Assembly (NCBI RefSeq): GCF_006345805.1
Contig: NC_043001.1
Coordinates: 5,704,001 to 5,768,000 of the forward strand
Reading direction: 5' to 3'
DNA: 64,000 nucleotides
From: Octopus sinensis
Taxonomy: Eukaryota
Shown here: positions 43,108 through 56,686 of the stretch, one piece after another
Layout: each line of letters opens with the position of its first letter
Numbering within the stretch: the stretch's first letter is position 1
Translations under genes and position numbers: made by a program
The notes under the pieces: model-generated
Databases searched by the model: none
What the model was told of the DNA's origin: nothing
Seen by the model: only the letters and a program-made list of their open reading frames with translations

Positions 43108-43237
43108 ATATATATATATATATGATTGATTGATTGATTCCAGTTTCAGCTTATGAGCTGTGGCCATGCTATATATATATATATATATACATGCATTCAT
43201 ACATACATATATATATATATATATGTATGTATGTATG

Positions 43238-43275
<38 letters not shown>

Positions 43276-43478
43276 TACACACATATTTTCTCTCTACCTC
43301 ACTTCCTCCTCAACCACTACTACGAAACTATAAAAAGGTTCAAACTACCCACAACTGATTTGATTTGAAAACCACTAGATGGGAGCAAGCGCTAATCCGA
43401 ATGATATGATATATATGTAAAAATGTAATATATAAATAAATATCTACAAATATGAACCATCTGATCTGATTACCTCAT

Positions 43479-43536
<58 letters not shown>

Positions 43537-43555
43537 CATGTATGTGTATATATAT

Positions 43556-44340
43556 AAATACAAAATGGGACAAGAACGCATAACTTCCAGATAGACGATA
43601 CAAAAAACACGGACGGGTCATTCAAAGCCTTTAATCTTCAGTCAAGAACCGGATCTTCCTCGCAAATTCGGCTGATTAATCTTAAAATTGCTCCAATCTG
43701 GCCAGCCCCCAAGGAAAAACTAAGCTAAGAGCATTAGATTCCTTGGAAGAAAAAGCTTCGAATGTATACGAAACAAGGACTGAAAAACGGACGTTGTTAC
43801 ACGAATATAAATACAAAGAATAATACAGAAAAACAATAATAATAATAATAATAACAGGACATAAAAACAGGCGTCTTTCGACTGGAGACGAATTTAATTA
43901 AGCTGGCGTGTTGGTAATTAAGCCTTACGGCAGAGGAAAAGTTTCGATGTGACAGCGACCGCGACCAAACGCAAAAAGGCCAGCACTCGGCCAACGGTCA
44001 CGTGAGAAGAGAAGAGAGAGAAAATAGGAACAAAGGAGTTAAGGAGGGGGAGAAGAGAGAGAGCGTGTACACGGAAGTATCAGGGAGTGGCGAGAAAAAG
44101 GGAGAGACAGGGACAAAGTGAAGTTCAAAGTTAGAAAGGCAAAGGAAAGTAAGAGAGGGGGGAAGAGGGAGAGTGTTGAAGTAGTACAAAGTTTAGTGAA
44201 ATGTGTGTATATATATACATTAAACAATATTGTAAATAAAAATATATTAATTGTAAAGAAAAGAATATATCAAGGATTAATACGTATTGAAGTTCATAGT
44301 ATTAAATCTATTCAGATGATGTGTATTCTTGAATAAAATC
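43556..44340 (-). mobile_element. Longer copy of the same TA-associated element (possibly a Penelope-like derivative); right boundary uncertain
   Basis: Shared terminus next to TA tract; internal (AAT)n and GA-rich tract; no ORF recognised. Confidence 0.5.
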
Positions 44341-45109
44341 AAATGTTACCCACGAGATATCACATGCGAGAGAAAGCTATTACTCAGTTGTGAAGTACTC
44401 CAAGGTAGCCATCGCTGTTAAATAATATTGACCGAGAATACGAAAAATTCGCGTGGCTTCGCATGAAACACTGGCTGGGAAAAGTCTAAATTTACACAGA
44501 TACAGCTTTAATCTCAGAACGAACCATTGCTTCCACGAACAACTACCGTTTCCTAGAATATGACGACTCGGCAAAATAACCATAAAACTAAACTCGAGCT
44601 ATGTATTCTTCGCTATCACTGCTCCCCATTTGAACTTGCCTAACCCCACCGCACACAACACACCAGAAAGCATGTACTTTTAAAAGGTTAAATCATGTAA
44701 CACAGATTCCTAATTAACTTCGGTATCAGTAAATCTTTCGATTTCATGCTAACCACCCACGAGGGCGTTAGATGAAAACATCGCCTCAAGATAACAAAAC
44801 CGTCACCTTTCTAGCAGTCAACCCCAAAGCAAAGATACTGTTTTTACAACATCAACAATAACGATGGGAATAATGAATGACTGATGTATATTTGATTATT
44901 TTGGTAATTGCAAGAACGAGAAAAATATTCTAATGTGAAAAAGAATATTTAAATCAGGTCAGAAATCTGGTTTAATTATTGATATTCAGATCGGGTTGGT
45001 GTATTAATTACTTGTTCCTTCATTTCTTTTAATTATTCATCTTTTAGTTTTTAATTCTTTCATTACCCCACGTCATTACCCCACGGCGCCATCTTCAGGC
45101 ATTTCAGTT

Positions 45110-45385
45110 GAACTTATCGACCCCAGTACTATTTATTTAAAACCTGGTATTTGTTCTATCTTTCTCTTTGGCGAACCCCTACTTTACGAGGGAGTAGGCA
45201 CACCACCGTACACAGACACGCACACACAGTTACGGATACACATAAACACACACATAAACACACACACATATACGACAGACTTCTTTCAGTTTCTTTTTCC
45301 AAATCCACTCTCAAGGATTTGCCGCAAACGAAGCGATGTTAGAAGACATTAACCCAAGATTCCACGCGGTGGGACCAAACCCGGA
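45110..45385 (-). mobile_element. Degenerate SINE family B
   Basis: tatcgaccccagtact...tttggcgaaccc...acgacagacttctttcagtttc...aaatccactc. Confidence 0.75.
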
Positions 45386-46459
45386 CGCATGCAACAATTT
45401 CTATCGAAAACAGAATGTAAATGAGAAGAGAAGCCAATAAGTTAACGTTTGTTTAACCATTAATCAAGATTGAGTAATGCAATTACCTCTTCTCTAATTA
45501 GTTCGATTATATTTTTATGAGAGCAGCGCAAACATGTATATTCAGTGTCCAAACGATATTTGAAGTTGCATTCTTTTTCATTCGACTTTCCTTCCTCTCA
45601 CGCCAAATTAGGACCTTAATTAAGGTACGTCACGATATGAACTCGCAGAAAGATACGGAATGATTCGAAATCGTTGGTCATTGTGAATCGAGATATAAGC
45701 AACCCAAATTACTAAATACTTTCTTTCTTCTCTTCAGTTTTTCCAAACCACTCTCTAAACTCTCTCTCTCTCTCTCTCGCTTCTACCTTCACTTTTCCAT
45801 TACTTTCTCTTTAATAAACACTCCTTCCAGAAATGTGTCTTTGTATTTTCATCGCATTACTCTCATTCTCACATCTGTCTTTCTCTACACCCTCTAATTC
45901 ACACATCTGTCTGTCTCTCCCTCCCACTCTCTCTCTCTCTCATCAATGAACATTCCCTCTCTTCTACACTTTACTCCATTTCCTTTCACTTCAACAATTA
46001 ATCTCTCTACAAGACTGACATCATATCTGTCGGTAGTTATATCACCTTTCACACACACACAAACACATACACACACACACACACATATGTCTACTTTGGT
46101 ATCACGCACTACTCGCCTTGTCTTCTCTCTTTGCATATCTTGAAATATCATTCATTCTCTCTCTTTTTCTCTTTCATTCTCTTTCTCCTCCACCCATCTC
46201 TCTCTCTCAACGCACATGTTCATACACAACCATGCGCACACATATCTATATACAGATATCACCACAGACATTCACCTCATTTATATACATATCTACAGTA
46301 TCTCCCTCTCCCCCTCTTATAATTTCGCTACAACCTCTCACCTTTCTAACGCATTCTTTTGCCACCAGTTCATCTCGCTCTTCCTCTTTCATTTTATATC
46401 TCCATATTTTACTTTACACACGTGATATATACTCTTTACTCATTATTCTTTACTCTTTT

Positions 46460-46775
46460 ACTTCTTTCAGTCATTTGAGTGTGGTCATTTTAGAGTAACT
46501 CTTTTAGTCGACGAAATCGAACCCGGAGCTTATTCTTTGTAAGCCTAGTGCTTACTGTATCGGTCCGCTAATTTACGGGGACGTAAACACACCTGCATCG
46601 GTTGTCAAGCGATGGTGGTGAAGGGGGGACGAACACAGACACACAAACACACACACGCATATACACATATACATATATACGACCGGCTTCTTTCAGTTTC
46701 CGTCTACCAAATCCACTCACAAGGCTTTGGCCGGTCCGAGGCTACAGTGGAAGACACTATGCTACGCAATGGGAC
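46460..46775 (-). mobile_element. SINE family B, internally deleted
   Basis: ttcagtcatttgagtgtggtcat...cttctttcagtttccgtctaccaaatccactcacaaggctttgg. Confidence 0.88.
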
Positions 46776-46836
46776 TGAATCCCTCCTGATATATGTGTAT
46801 GCGTGTGCGTGTATGCATATATATATGTTTATGTAA

Positions 46837-46872
<36 letters not shown>

Positions 46873-46874
46873 CA

Positions 46875-47072
46875 ATCGCCATAGTAGATCGCTAGCCACT
46901 ACACATTCTTTATTTTCCCTCCTTGTTTCTCTCTGTGTTCCTTTCTGTGGAAGACCATAACCATAAGCTCGAAACGTTAAAGACTTTTTCTCTTCTAGAG
47001 CGTTAAACTAATACATCTGTTAGTTGTCTACACCACCTGTCTTCGTCTTTTGTTCTTTTGTGAATTCTTCCC
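46875..47072 (+). mobile_element. HHR-bearing element family H2
   Basis: Flanked by TA tracts; homologous to 522-623, 42812-42995 and 51962-52130. Confidence 0.75.
46941..46982 (+). ncRNA. Hammerhead-like motif with variant core (CTGTGGA)
   Basis: cttt-CTGTGGA-a-gacc..gctc-GAA-ACGT-T-aaag; stem I cttt/aaag is perfect, stem II is damaged. Confidence 0.55.
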
Positions 47073-47092
47073 ATATATATATATATATATAT

Positions 47093-47394
47093 ATAATAAT
47101 ATTAGGGAATAAATCCAAACTTACAGGGAAAATTAGGTTTAGGATTAAATCCAATTTTATAGTATAAATATATTATATTATATTATATTATATTATATTA
47201 AATTGGAGATAAAACCACTATTAGGCAAATCAAACAGTGAAAAACATAAGCCAATACACAAAATTAATTTAAAGATATAAAAGTTAAAAATATTTTAAAC
47301 TTCTATATTTTAAATTAAACTTATGTATTGGCTTATGTTTTTCACTGTTTGATTTGCCTAATAGTGGTTTTATCTCTAATTTAATGTAATATAT
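47093..47394. mobile_element. Foldback (hairpin) derivative of the H3 terminal family
   Basis: 58-bp arms 47201-47258 and 47324-47381 with one mismatch, plus further internal pairing; 47093-47165 matches the reverse complement of 56823-56900. Confidence 0.85.
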
Positions 47395-47584
47395 TGACCG
47401 TATAAATTGAGGGTAAACCACATTTTACCCCCGCCCATATATGACACTCGATTGCAAAATTGACATTGCAAAATTGACATTGCAAAATAATCAGCACTTG
47501 GGTATTAATAATTGGATAGAATACCAGCATTATATTAGATTGCTACTATCCATTTGTTCGTTGGCTTCCCAACCGTTAACACAC

Positions 47585-47659
<75 letters not shown>

Positions 47660-47765
47660 TAGAGTAAATTTATGTGACTACCTGTAACAAATGCTAAACT
47701 GTAATCTCTACACATATTTTACATGGCCATACGTTGTTAGCAGCAAAGCAACTAACGCTGCTACA

Positions 47766-47798
<33 letters not shown>

Positions 47799-48529
47799 GC
47801 TACTGCTGCTGCTGCAGCTGCTGCTGCGGTAGCGGCACACAGAACATCACTATAACGTAACCATTGAAATGAAAAATTAAGTTCACGTGGTATTGTTCGT
47901 CATATCCTGATTCGGAATTTTTTTTTTTCGATCTTTTGAGAATTCTGGCAGCTAAAGGCAACATCAGAGTCAACAAGTCTCGGCGGATTGTCACGCAGCG
48001 GCGAAGGCAGTGAGCATGCAGAACAAAGTTATGACTGCTGGTAGATTGTGTATCGGGATGAAAAAAGATTGTGGAAAGCGTGTGCTTCCATAAAGTCATA
48101 AAAAGGGACATTTTTTCATGAATCACTAATCAGGACTACAAATTAATGAAAGAAAATGAAAATATAGAAGAGCATCGCCTTAAAAAGAACAACAGAAAAG
48201 ACAGTTCGAAGCCATATGACACTTCCATTTAAAACTCATTAGTTAAATGATTTATTTTTGTAACTGATTTAATGAAATCTATCAATTTTGATATGAATAA
48301 TTGTACAATTTAATGAATATGAAACTGAATGCAGTAATGAGTTATAAGGTTTTGCAACAAACAGACACTGATATGTACGAGGTTGTATTGGAAATGTGTT
48401 GATTAACTTCTAATTTTAAAGTGTTCCTTACTTGATACAAATGTATTATTTTATTCTAGTATTTCACTTTATGTTGCATCTGTAAATGTTTATATATTTA
48501 CGGGTCAACATGTGTAAAAGTTCTAAAAG

Positions 48530-48745
48530 GCGTCGAACTGTCAGAATGTTTAGCGCGTAGGAAAAGAAATGCTTATCGGCATTTCTACGGACTTTTCGTC
48601 CTGAGTTCAAACGCCGACAGAGAAAGGCCTTTGCTTTCATTCTTTCGGGAATGCTAAAACACCAGCTAATCACTGACGCTGTTGTTATGAACTCACTCTT
48701 ATCCCGAACTTCGCATTTGAAATAGCTGGAGTAAGAAGAAGATTA
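48530..48745 (+). mobile_element. Very old SINE family A copy
   Basis: ggcgtcgaactgtcagaatgtttagc...gaaatgcttatcggcatttc...ctgagttcaaa...ttcattctttcggg. Confidence 0.6.
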
Positions 48746-49306
48746 GTAAAATAATAACAAAATAGTAAAAACATAAGAACCAATATCTCTTTATCCCTCT
48801 CCTCAGGGTTCTAATTTTTTTATTATTTTGTTATTATTTAACTAATCTTCTTCTTACTTTCTTCTTCTTCTTCTCCCCTGTCTCTTTCATTTTTTTCTTT
48901 CTCTTCTCTTTTTTTCTCTTTCTTCACTACTCTCTTCCTGTTTTCGATTTCACCTTACTAATACACTCCCTATTTTTAGGTCACTTTAAGTAAAAAACCT
49001 TTGAATGCAATATTGTATATAAATTCCTTACTGGGAATGACCAAGTTTAAAAATCTGCAGGATCTCACTCATAAGGGAATCTTACATTGCTTATAAACTC
49101 TATATTTGGAAGGACTCATATTAAACTCTGTTGGACTTTTGGACTTTACCTCATAGGATATTGGAATATTGCATATATACCATTATGCCTAAAAGATGGA
49201 TTTACAACTTCAATACCCATACATATCATGCATCTATTTTCTTTCCTCCACCTCACTCTATTTTGTATCACATCGAAACTAACTATGACTTAACTATCCT
49301 CTCACA

Positions 49307-49361
49307 CCGTCTCCGATGAAGGGATATTATTAATAAATATCCTAGAAACAGCTGTAATACC
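49307..49361 (+). ncRNA. Degenerate hammerhead remnant
   Basis: CCGATGA-a-ggatatt/aatatcc stem II-GAA-ACAGCTGT(palindrome)-A; U4>C and stem I broken. Confidence 0.5.
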
Positions 49362-49527
49362 TTCTATCCTTAAATGCTCTAATATCTACACAGCCTTGTT
49401 TTTTATCTTATAACGCAAAAAATTCTTATACATAAGTTCAGCAAAATTTTATTCAAATGAATATGGTACTTAAGATAGATGCACCAGAATTTTGTATGGT
49501 GTTAGCCATATAAATCCATTGGGTGAT

Positions 49528-49834
49528 TATAATCAATATAAGCAACAAGAATAACTTCGGTAATTTGGTTACGATCGTTTCACGCTACATCATTTTATTA
49601 AATGTTGTAAGTATTACAACAGTTTTAAAATGCTGAGCACTCATCAGTCATTAATAGAAGTTTTCCATTAATACATATGAAAATTATGTATTAATGGAAA
49701 ACATCTATTAATGACTGATGAGTGCTCAGCATTTTAAAACTGTTGTAATACTTACAACATTTAATAAAATCATGTAGCGTGAAACGATCGTAACCAAATT
49801 ACCGAAGTTATTCTTGTTGCTTATTTTGATTATA
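49528..49834. repeat. Near-perfect 307-bp palindrome (150-bp arms, 7-nt loop)
   Basis: 49528-49677 vs 49685-49834, about three mismatches by eye; loop tgaaaat. Confidence 0.95.
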
Positions 49835-49846
49835 TATATATATACA

Positions 49847-49946
<100 letters not shown>

Positions 49947-51328
49947 CTTATCAAGCGAAAGAGTGGATTCATTTCCTTCCATTTTTCCTTCTGTCCTTCA
50001 TTCATCGTGCACTCTGTTATTTAAGAGTTATGCAGCCCTTATCCCAGGCGTTTCGGCAATTATTCAGTTATTTGCCCTTTGTCTCACATCATCGAGATCT
50101 GGGTTTCTATCTTCCTCACTTCCTTATTGTGTGACTGTTTTCTTGCAGTGTTTCTGACGTCATCTCTGCCGTTTTCTGTTGTCTCCTTATCATTGCTTCT
50201 TCTCGATGCCTTTTGTCATTATCTCTTGACCATGAAGATCCCCATCCCCTTCCATGAGACATAATGGATCAGTGCCTATTTTCGTATGTAATGTTGTATT
50301 AAGACTATTAAATCAAAACAACAACGAGATTACAAATGCCAAATGAATGAATGAGAATGAAATCTGTAATGATGAAAAGATAAGTAATCTCCGCAAAATC
50401 ATAATTTTCTATGTCAGTGTGTATCTACGTCAAAAACTCGACGTTTTTGGGGTTTTTTTTTCCTTAGAGCGCAACAAAATGTAAACATTCGTACCGGTAT
50501 TTGATTAATTTGATCTTAGTATAGGTTTTACAGAAAAATAAGGGCTTCAATTTATTTAAGAATTTAATAAAATCTAAACTTAAGTGAAATGCTAAATGCT
50601 GGTGCTAAATACCTTTGGCCATATCGGCAATTCTAAAAACTTTTGTGTCCAAATTTTACACGAGTAAAAGCTTTTTTTTTTTTTAATAAGTGTTATACTG
50701 AAACTCACTCGTTAATTTTGTTATAATGTGAAAGAGAGATAAAAATGAAAGATGTGTATGTGTGTATGTGTGTGTGTGTGTGAAAGAGAGAGAGAGAGAG
50801 AGAGAGGGTGCAACTCTCACATACATAAGAACACGCACATTAACTCACACACTCTCTCACTCTCTGTTGCACACACATGCACACATTCATAGAAAAAGGA
50901 TTTACACATATTTATTTATATATTTACGTATACACGACAACTCACCCCTGCACCCGCACTCTCCAACTTTTCCCTCTCCCCTTTCTCTCTCTCTCTCCCT
51001 CTCTCTCTATCTATCTCTTTTTCACACAGACACGTCCATTTCATACACACATGCACACATCTTTCACTTTCGCTAGTTTTTCAATTGAAAAAAAAAACGA
51101 GATGAAAACTAAAATCTTTTGCTGAAATTGACGAGCTCCGGTTGATGAAATCGCATTCACTTATAGATATTTCAAAATGAATAAAATATTGTGTACGCCA
51201 AAAGTCGATGTTGGTTTCTTTTCTTTAGAGCCAAAGACTTACAGATAGCGGACGTGTGTTTGTATTAATTGACACTGTATAACATTCATTATAAGTGTGT
51301 GTATTCTGTATGTGTGTATATGTGTTCA

Positions 51329-51713
51329 ATGGAGGCGCAATAGCCCAGTGGTTAGGGCAGCGGACTCGCGGTCGTAGGATCGCGGTTTCGATTCCCAGAC
51401 CGGGCGTTGTGAGTGTTTAATGAGCGAAAACACCTAAAGCTCCACGAGGCTCCGGCAGGGGATGGTGGTGATCCCTGCTGTACTCTTTCACCACAACTTT
51501 CTCTCACTCTTACTTCCTGTTTCTGTTGTACTTGTATTTCAAAGGGCCGGCCTTGTCACTCTCTGTGTCACGCTGAATATCCCCGAGAACTGCGTTAAGG
51601 GTACACGTGTCTGTGGAGTGCTCAGCCACTTACACGTTAATTTCACGAGCAGGCTGGTCCGTTGATCGGATCAACCGGAACCCTCGTCGTCGTAACCGAC
51701 AGAGTGCTTCCAC
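51329..51713 (+). mobile_element. SINE family C, tRNA(Arg)-like head, with 11-bp TSD
   Basis: ggcgcaatagcccagtggttagggcagcggactcgcggtcgtaggatcgcggtttcgattccc; TSD atatgtgttca at 51318-51328 and 51714-51724; resembles described octopus tRNA-Arg-derived SINEs (recall, unverified). Confidence 0.9.
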
Positions 51714-51961
51714 ATATGTGTTCACGTCACGTTAGCCAAGGTTTTTTGTTAATAAAGAACAAAAGAAAATTGCGTTTAATCGTTTAAACATAGGTCCAAA
51801 TGTAAAAGATACAATAAACTATTTCTGGATATTTCAGTTACGCACAAACATCCTTGGAGATTTTGTATTATTGATATGTATATATGTGTGTGTGTGAGTG
51901 AGTGTGTATCTCGGCGTCTGCGTGAGTGTGTGTTTTTCTATGTGTGTGTGAGTACATACAT

Positions 51962-52130
51962 ATAGTTAAAATTTATAGAAAAACTAAAGACGAAGTCAGG
52001 TGCACGAACAACAAGCAAATGTATCAGTTTGACTCTCAGTAAAAATGAAAACGTCTTTTACGTTCCGGGCCTAAGCTCTTCAACAGAAAGGAAAGTAAAA
52101 GAAAATAGCCAGAATTACAGGGGTAGATCC
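51962..52130 (-). mobile_element. Family H2 copy with variant HHR (52055-52090)
   Basis: Reverse complement cttt-CTGTTGA-a-gagc-ttag-gccc-GGA-ACGT-A-aaag. Confidence 0.7.
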
Positions 52131-52705
52131 TATATATATATATATATATAGATATATATGATAAAGATGTTGGGTGCCAAGAATCCACACATTATTCGCA
52201 TGTGCATTATGGTTCTATTAAGCTAAATTTGGAACTAGAATTCCATCAACATCATGCACAATAAGAAATTGCTATTTACACCGGCAGCGTATTATGTGCC
52301 AATAAGTAACTTATATAAAGCGTAAATACCGATTAGGTTTTGTATGACTTTGCTAATATGCACACACACATACACACACACATCTATATATATATGTGTG
52401 TGTGTGTCTATGTATATATGAATTAGTAATTCAATCTCTGTGCTGTCTAACATATTTCATTTCAGTTAGTGATCTCGTATCGTATATTTCTTTCTTTGTG
52501 GTGTGTTTGATCATATAATTTTACATTAACTTAATTAAAGCTGAGCTGATAAGCATTACAAATTAAATTTGAAATCAAATTTTGTATTTTGGTGAATAAT
52601 AAATATATTACTTCACAAAACTGTTGAGGCTTCAGGGCTAATCTTGCAACAGTAATCTACAGATAATTTAGATGAATATATATATATAAATATAATATAT
52701 ATATA

Positions 52706-52806
<101 letters not shown>

Positions 52807-53225
52807 ATGTATGTATGCATGTATGTATGTATATATGCATGGAAGGAAGAAGAAAAGAAATCCAGAAGAATAAATTTTGAACAGATTTAGATATGAACTT
52901 TTGTGTATATTGATATTAATTTAGAAGTGAGTATACTGTTTACAAATGTACATAATATGGGTATGTATGTGTTTAAGAATAATTGTGGAATTAATGGTGA
53001 ATACGAGACCCAATGAGAATGAAAGAGAAGTCCTTGAAGTCGCAGCTTAAGTATTTATGAATACATTTATCATATATTTATTCCGAAATACAAGAACATA
53101 TATATTTATATGTATGCATGTATGTAGGTTCTTACCTCACAGCCACCACATAAATATACATGCATACACACACACACATATATATATATATATGTATGTA
53201 TATATAGATATATATATGCACATAC

Positions 53226-53270
<45 letters not shown>

Positions 53271-53392
53271 TATATATATATATATATTAATATATATATA
53301 AATATTATTAGAGACAAAACCACTATTTTGCAAAACAAACAAGGAAAGACTTAATCAATACATAAAATTTTAATAAATAGTCAAAAAAACCG

Positions 53393-53433
53393 CCATACAA
53401 TTGTTCTTGTCTTCATCGACAATCTTCAGGTGG
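53393..53433 (-). ncRNA. Type I hammerhead, damaged mate of 56687-56729
   Basis: ccac-CTGAAGA-ttgtc-gatgaa-gacaa-gaa-caattgt-a-tgg; one A of GAAA and one G of stem I are missing. Confidence 0.7.
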
Positions 53434-56400
53434 ACTTCCAATCTAAAATTCAATATTTTAAAATAAAAAAATAATAATTTTAAATAATTAAAGTATGAAT
53501 GAAAAAATATAAATATATAATCCATATATAACCTATATATAATCCATATAATCAATATATAAACAATATAAAACTAAAATAAACCTATCAACAATTAAAT
53601 ATAAAATATAAAATATAATATAAAATATAAAACAACCAAAAAGTAATAATAATATAATATAAAACTATATCTACACCCATACAAACTATACCTCAACATA
53701 TACACCAAACGGCCACTCCCGCCCCATACGGACGAAAATAAACCATACATCCCCAAAAATGGGCGTAATCCACTCACACCAATCATATGTATACAATTAT
53801 ACACACTAGAATAATACATAACTAACCCAAATATACAGAACATATTAAAAATCACCAACAAACCACCATCACAAATGAAACCTACACCCATACAATGACA
53901 AAACTCCCCCTCCATACCCAATTTACACCCACATAGCAATCCCAATATATTCATCCATACATGGACGCACGTGCGTGAAGCACATGCACACAATAAATAC
54001 GTACAACCCCCCAATACACACTCATATACATACGTATCAAGCTCGACATCCACAGCAATACGCTTACACCTACTCACAACCAGATGGGTGAATTGCACAA
54101 CCAGGGAACGCACACACACACGTGTGCGTATTTTGATTGTGCAACTCGCCCATATACATGTATGCGGGCGCGATTACATTGTTGCACATATCGACCCAAC
54201 TAGCATGCATATGTACATGTGAGGGGTACACGTACATGCCGTGCGCGTGTACCCCCTGCATTTATACCCGTGCGTGAATATACACATGAAGACTACCACA
54301 CAGGTACAAATGTGTATAGTAATGGGAGCCCCATCACTACACTCAATGTATAATCTCACCCATCCGCACGGATGTGAAAGTGAATCTCCGGTGTATATGT
54401 TGAGGTTATATATAGCGCTGTGGAGGTGAACTTCGTTGAAATTGTGAATGAATGGGTGGAGTTGGGAATTGTAACCGGGTGGTGGGCTAGCGTTGCTTGG
54501 AATTGGGAATGGATAGTGTAGTAGTAAGGCAGGCATCGAGAATAGATTTGGGTTACTGCAAGTTGTTTGTTAGAGCTGCTAAGATGAGCTAAAGCTCATA
54601 ATTTTATATAATAATTTATTATGGTAGTTTTATTAAAGAATCCATTCATAATAAATTTTTTTTAAGTAGTGTTGGTTTGCCACGTGGATATAGTTTTTAG
54701 TTCCATTTATTCTATTTCTCCATTCATAATTTTAAATGACGTTTACTTTCCATGGCGCGTATTCTTTTTTTACATAAGTTATATTTCTATGGTAACGTAA
54801 TTTTGGTTTGATTTTTTTTTAACGGCTAAGAATTTAATTTCACTTCATAATTTGAAACTGACTTGTAAGTATGTATTTTATTTCTCCTTATGTCATATTG
54901 TTATTTTTGATATTCTGGTTAATTACGATGTATTAATGTTGTTTTTTATTGGAGTGTTTATGTATATGAGATTGTGTTGAGTTTTTAGTTGTATATTTAT
55001 TTATCTGTATGAGTGTGGGTGTGTAAATATTGTTGTATATATCGAGTTTAGTGAGTATGTATATGCGTATATGTGAGGGAGTATATGTATCTGTTGTGTG
55101 TGTGTGTTTGCGTGTGTGTGTGTGTTTGTGTGTGAATGTGTATACGGGTTTGTTATTTAGGTTTTGGGATGTATGTGTTAATTTGTCTGTGTGGGGAGGG
55201 AGTGGGTTTTTGGTGTATATTGAGGTTTATAAGTTAGTATAGGTATGTGTATAAGTCGTGGGTCTGTGGTTTACGTGTGTGTTTTTTTGTGTGTGAATGT
55301 TTAGGTTAGGGGGATTGCTATATAGGTTTGTTATAGAGTTTAGCAAAGGGAGATTTTATCGTTATATGTTTTTAAGAGTTTTGGTTTATCATGGTTTTTT
55401 TTAGGGAATTCGTGGTAAATTGTCTTTTCGATGTTGGTTGTTTTATTACATTGTTTCATTTATAATTTTGAGTGGTGTTCGTTTTGCCACGTGAATATTA
55501 TTTTTATTTCCATTTATTCCATTTCTCCATTCATTATTTTAAAAGATGTTCGTTTCCAGAGCGGTTATACTTTTTATACATATGTTAAGTTCCTTGGTAA
55601 AGTAATTTTGTTTGGTGTATATGTTGAGGCGTATATGTACTTGTGGGTGTGTGTGAGTGGGTGGGGGTGTTTGTATTTGTTATGGGTGTGTGGTTTACGT
55701 GTGTGTATTTGTGTGTGAATGTATAGGTTAAAGGGATTGCTATATAAGTATGTTATAGTGTTTAGTAAAGGGGGTCTTATCATTTATGTTTTGTGAGTTT
55801 TAGCTTATCATGGTAGTTTTATAAAAGAATCCATTCATAATTTTTGTGTTTATTTGTCTGTGTGGGGTTGAGTGGGTTTTTGGAGTATATGTTGAGGTTT
55901 ATATGTATGTATAGGTATGTGTAAGTGGGTGTGGGTATTGTATATGTGTCGTGTGTGTGGTTTACGTGTGTGTATTTGTGTGTGAATGTTTAGGTTAGGG
56001 GGATTGCTATATAGGTATGTTATAGAGTTTAGTAAAGGGAGATTTTATCATTATATGTTTTTATGAGTTTGGTTTATCATGGTAGGTTTGTTAAGGAATT
56101 CGTAGTAATTTGTGTCTATTTGCGATGTCTGTTGTTTTATTGCATTGTTTCATTCATAATTTTTAAGTAGTGTTCGTTTTACCAAGTGAATATAATTTTT
56201 AATTCCATTCATTCCATTTCTCCGTTCATAATTTTAAGTGATGTCCGTTTTCTAGAGCGTGAATGTGGGTTGTATGTGTGTGTGTGTGGGAGTATGAATA
56301 AGTATTGTGTTGAAGTATTTAGCTATTTTATTTATTTATAGTTGCCTAGACGTTTTTATGTGTATGTATAGGGATATATATATAGGTGTGTGATTTAGTG

Positions 56401-56686
56401 TATGTAGTTAGATATGGTTATATATAATTAGGTATATGTGTATGGGTGTATATATAGTTTATTATTATATTATTATTATTTTTTTGTTTTGTTTTATTAT
56501 TTTTATATTTTATATTTAATTGTTGATAGGTTTATTTTATTTTAGTTTATATTGTTATATATTGATTATATATGGATTATATATAGGTTATATATGGATT
56601 ATATATTTATATTTTTTCATTCATACTTTAATTATTTTAAAATATTATTTTTATATTTTAAAATATTGATATTTTAGATTGGAAGT

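Noticed and set aside
47800-48126. GC-richer ORF ending in poly-Q on the minus strand
   Set aside because: The poly-Q is a short CAG/TAG microsatellite; no family recognised.
51329-51400. tRNA-Arg-like sequence as a true tRNA gene
   Set aside because: Continues into a SINE body with a TSD; acceptor stem not intact.
53450-56450. G-poor/C-poor strand skew as evidence of deaminase hypermutation
   Set aside because: The skew is regional, adjacent homologous modules retain C, and it mirrors the inversion; no unedited reference to compare.
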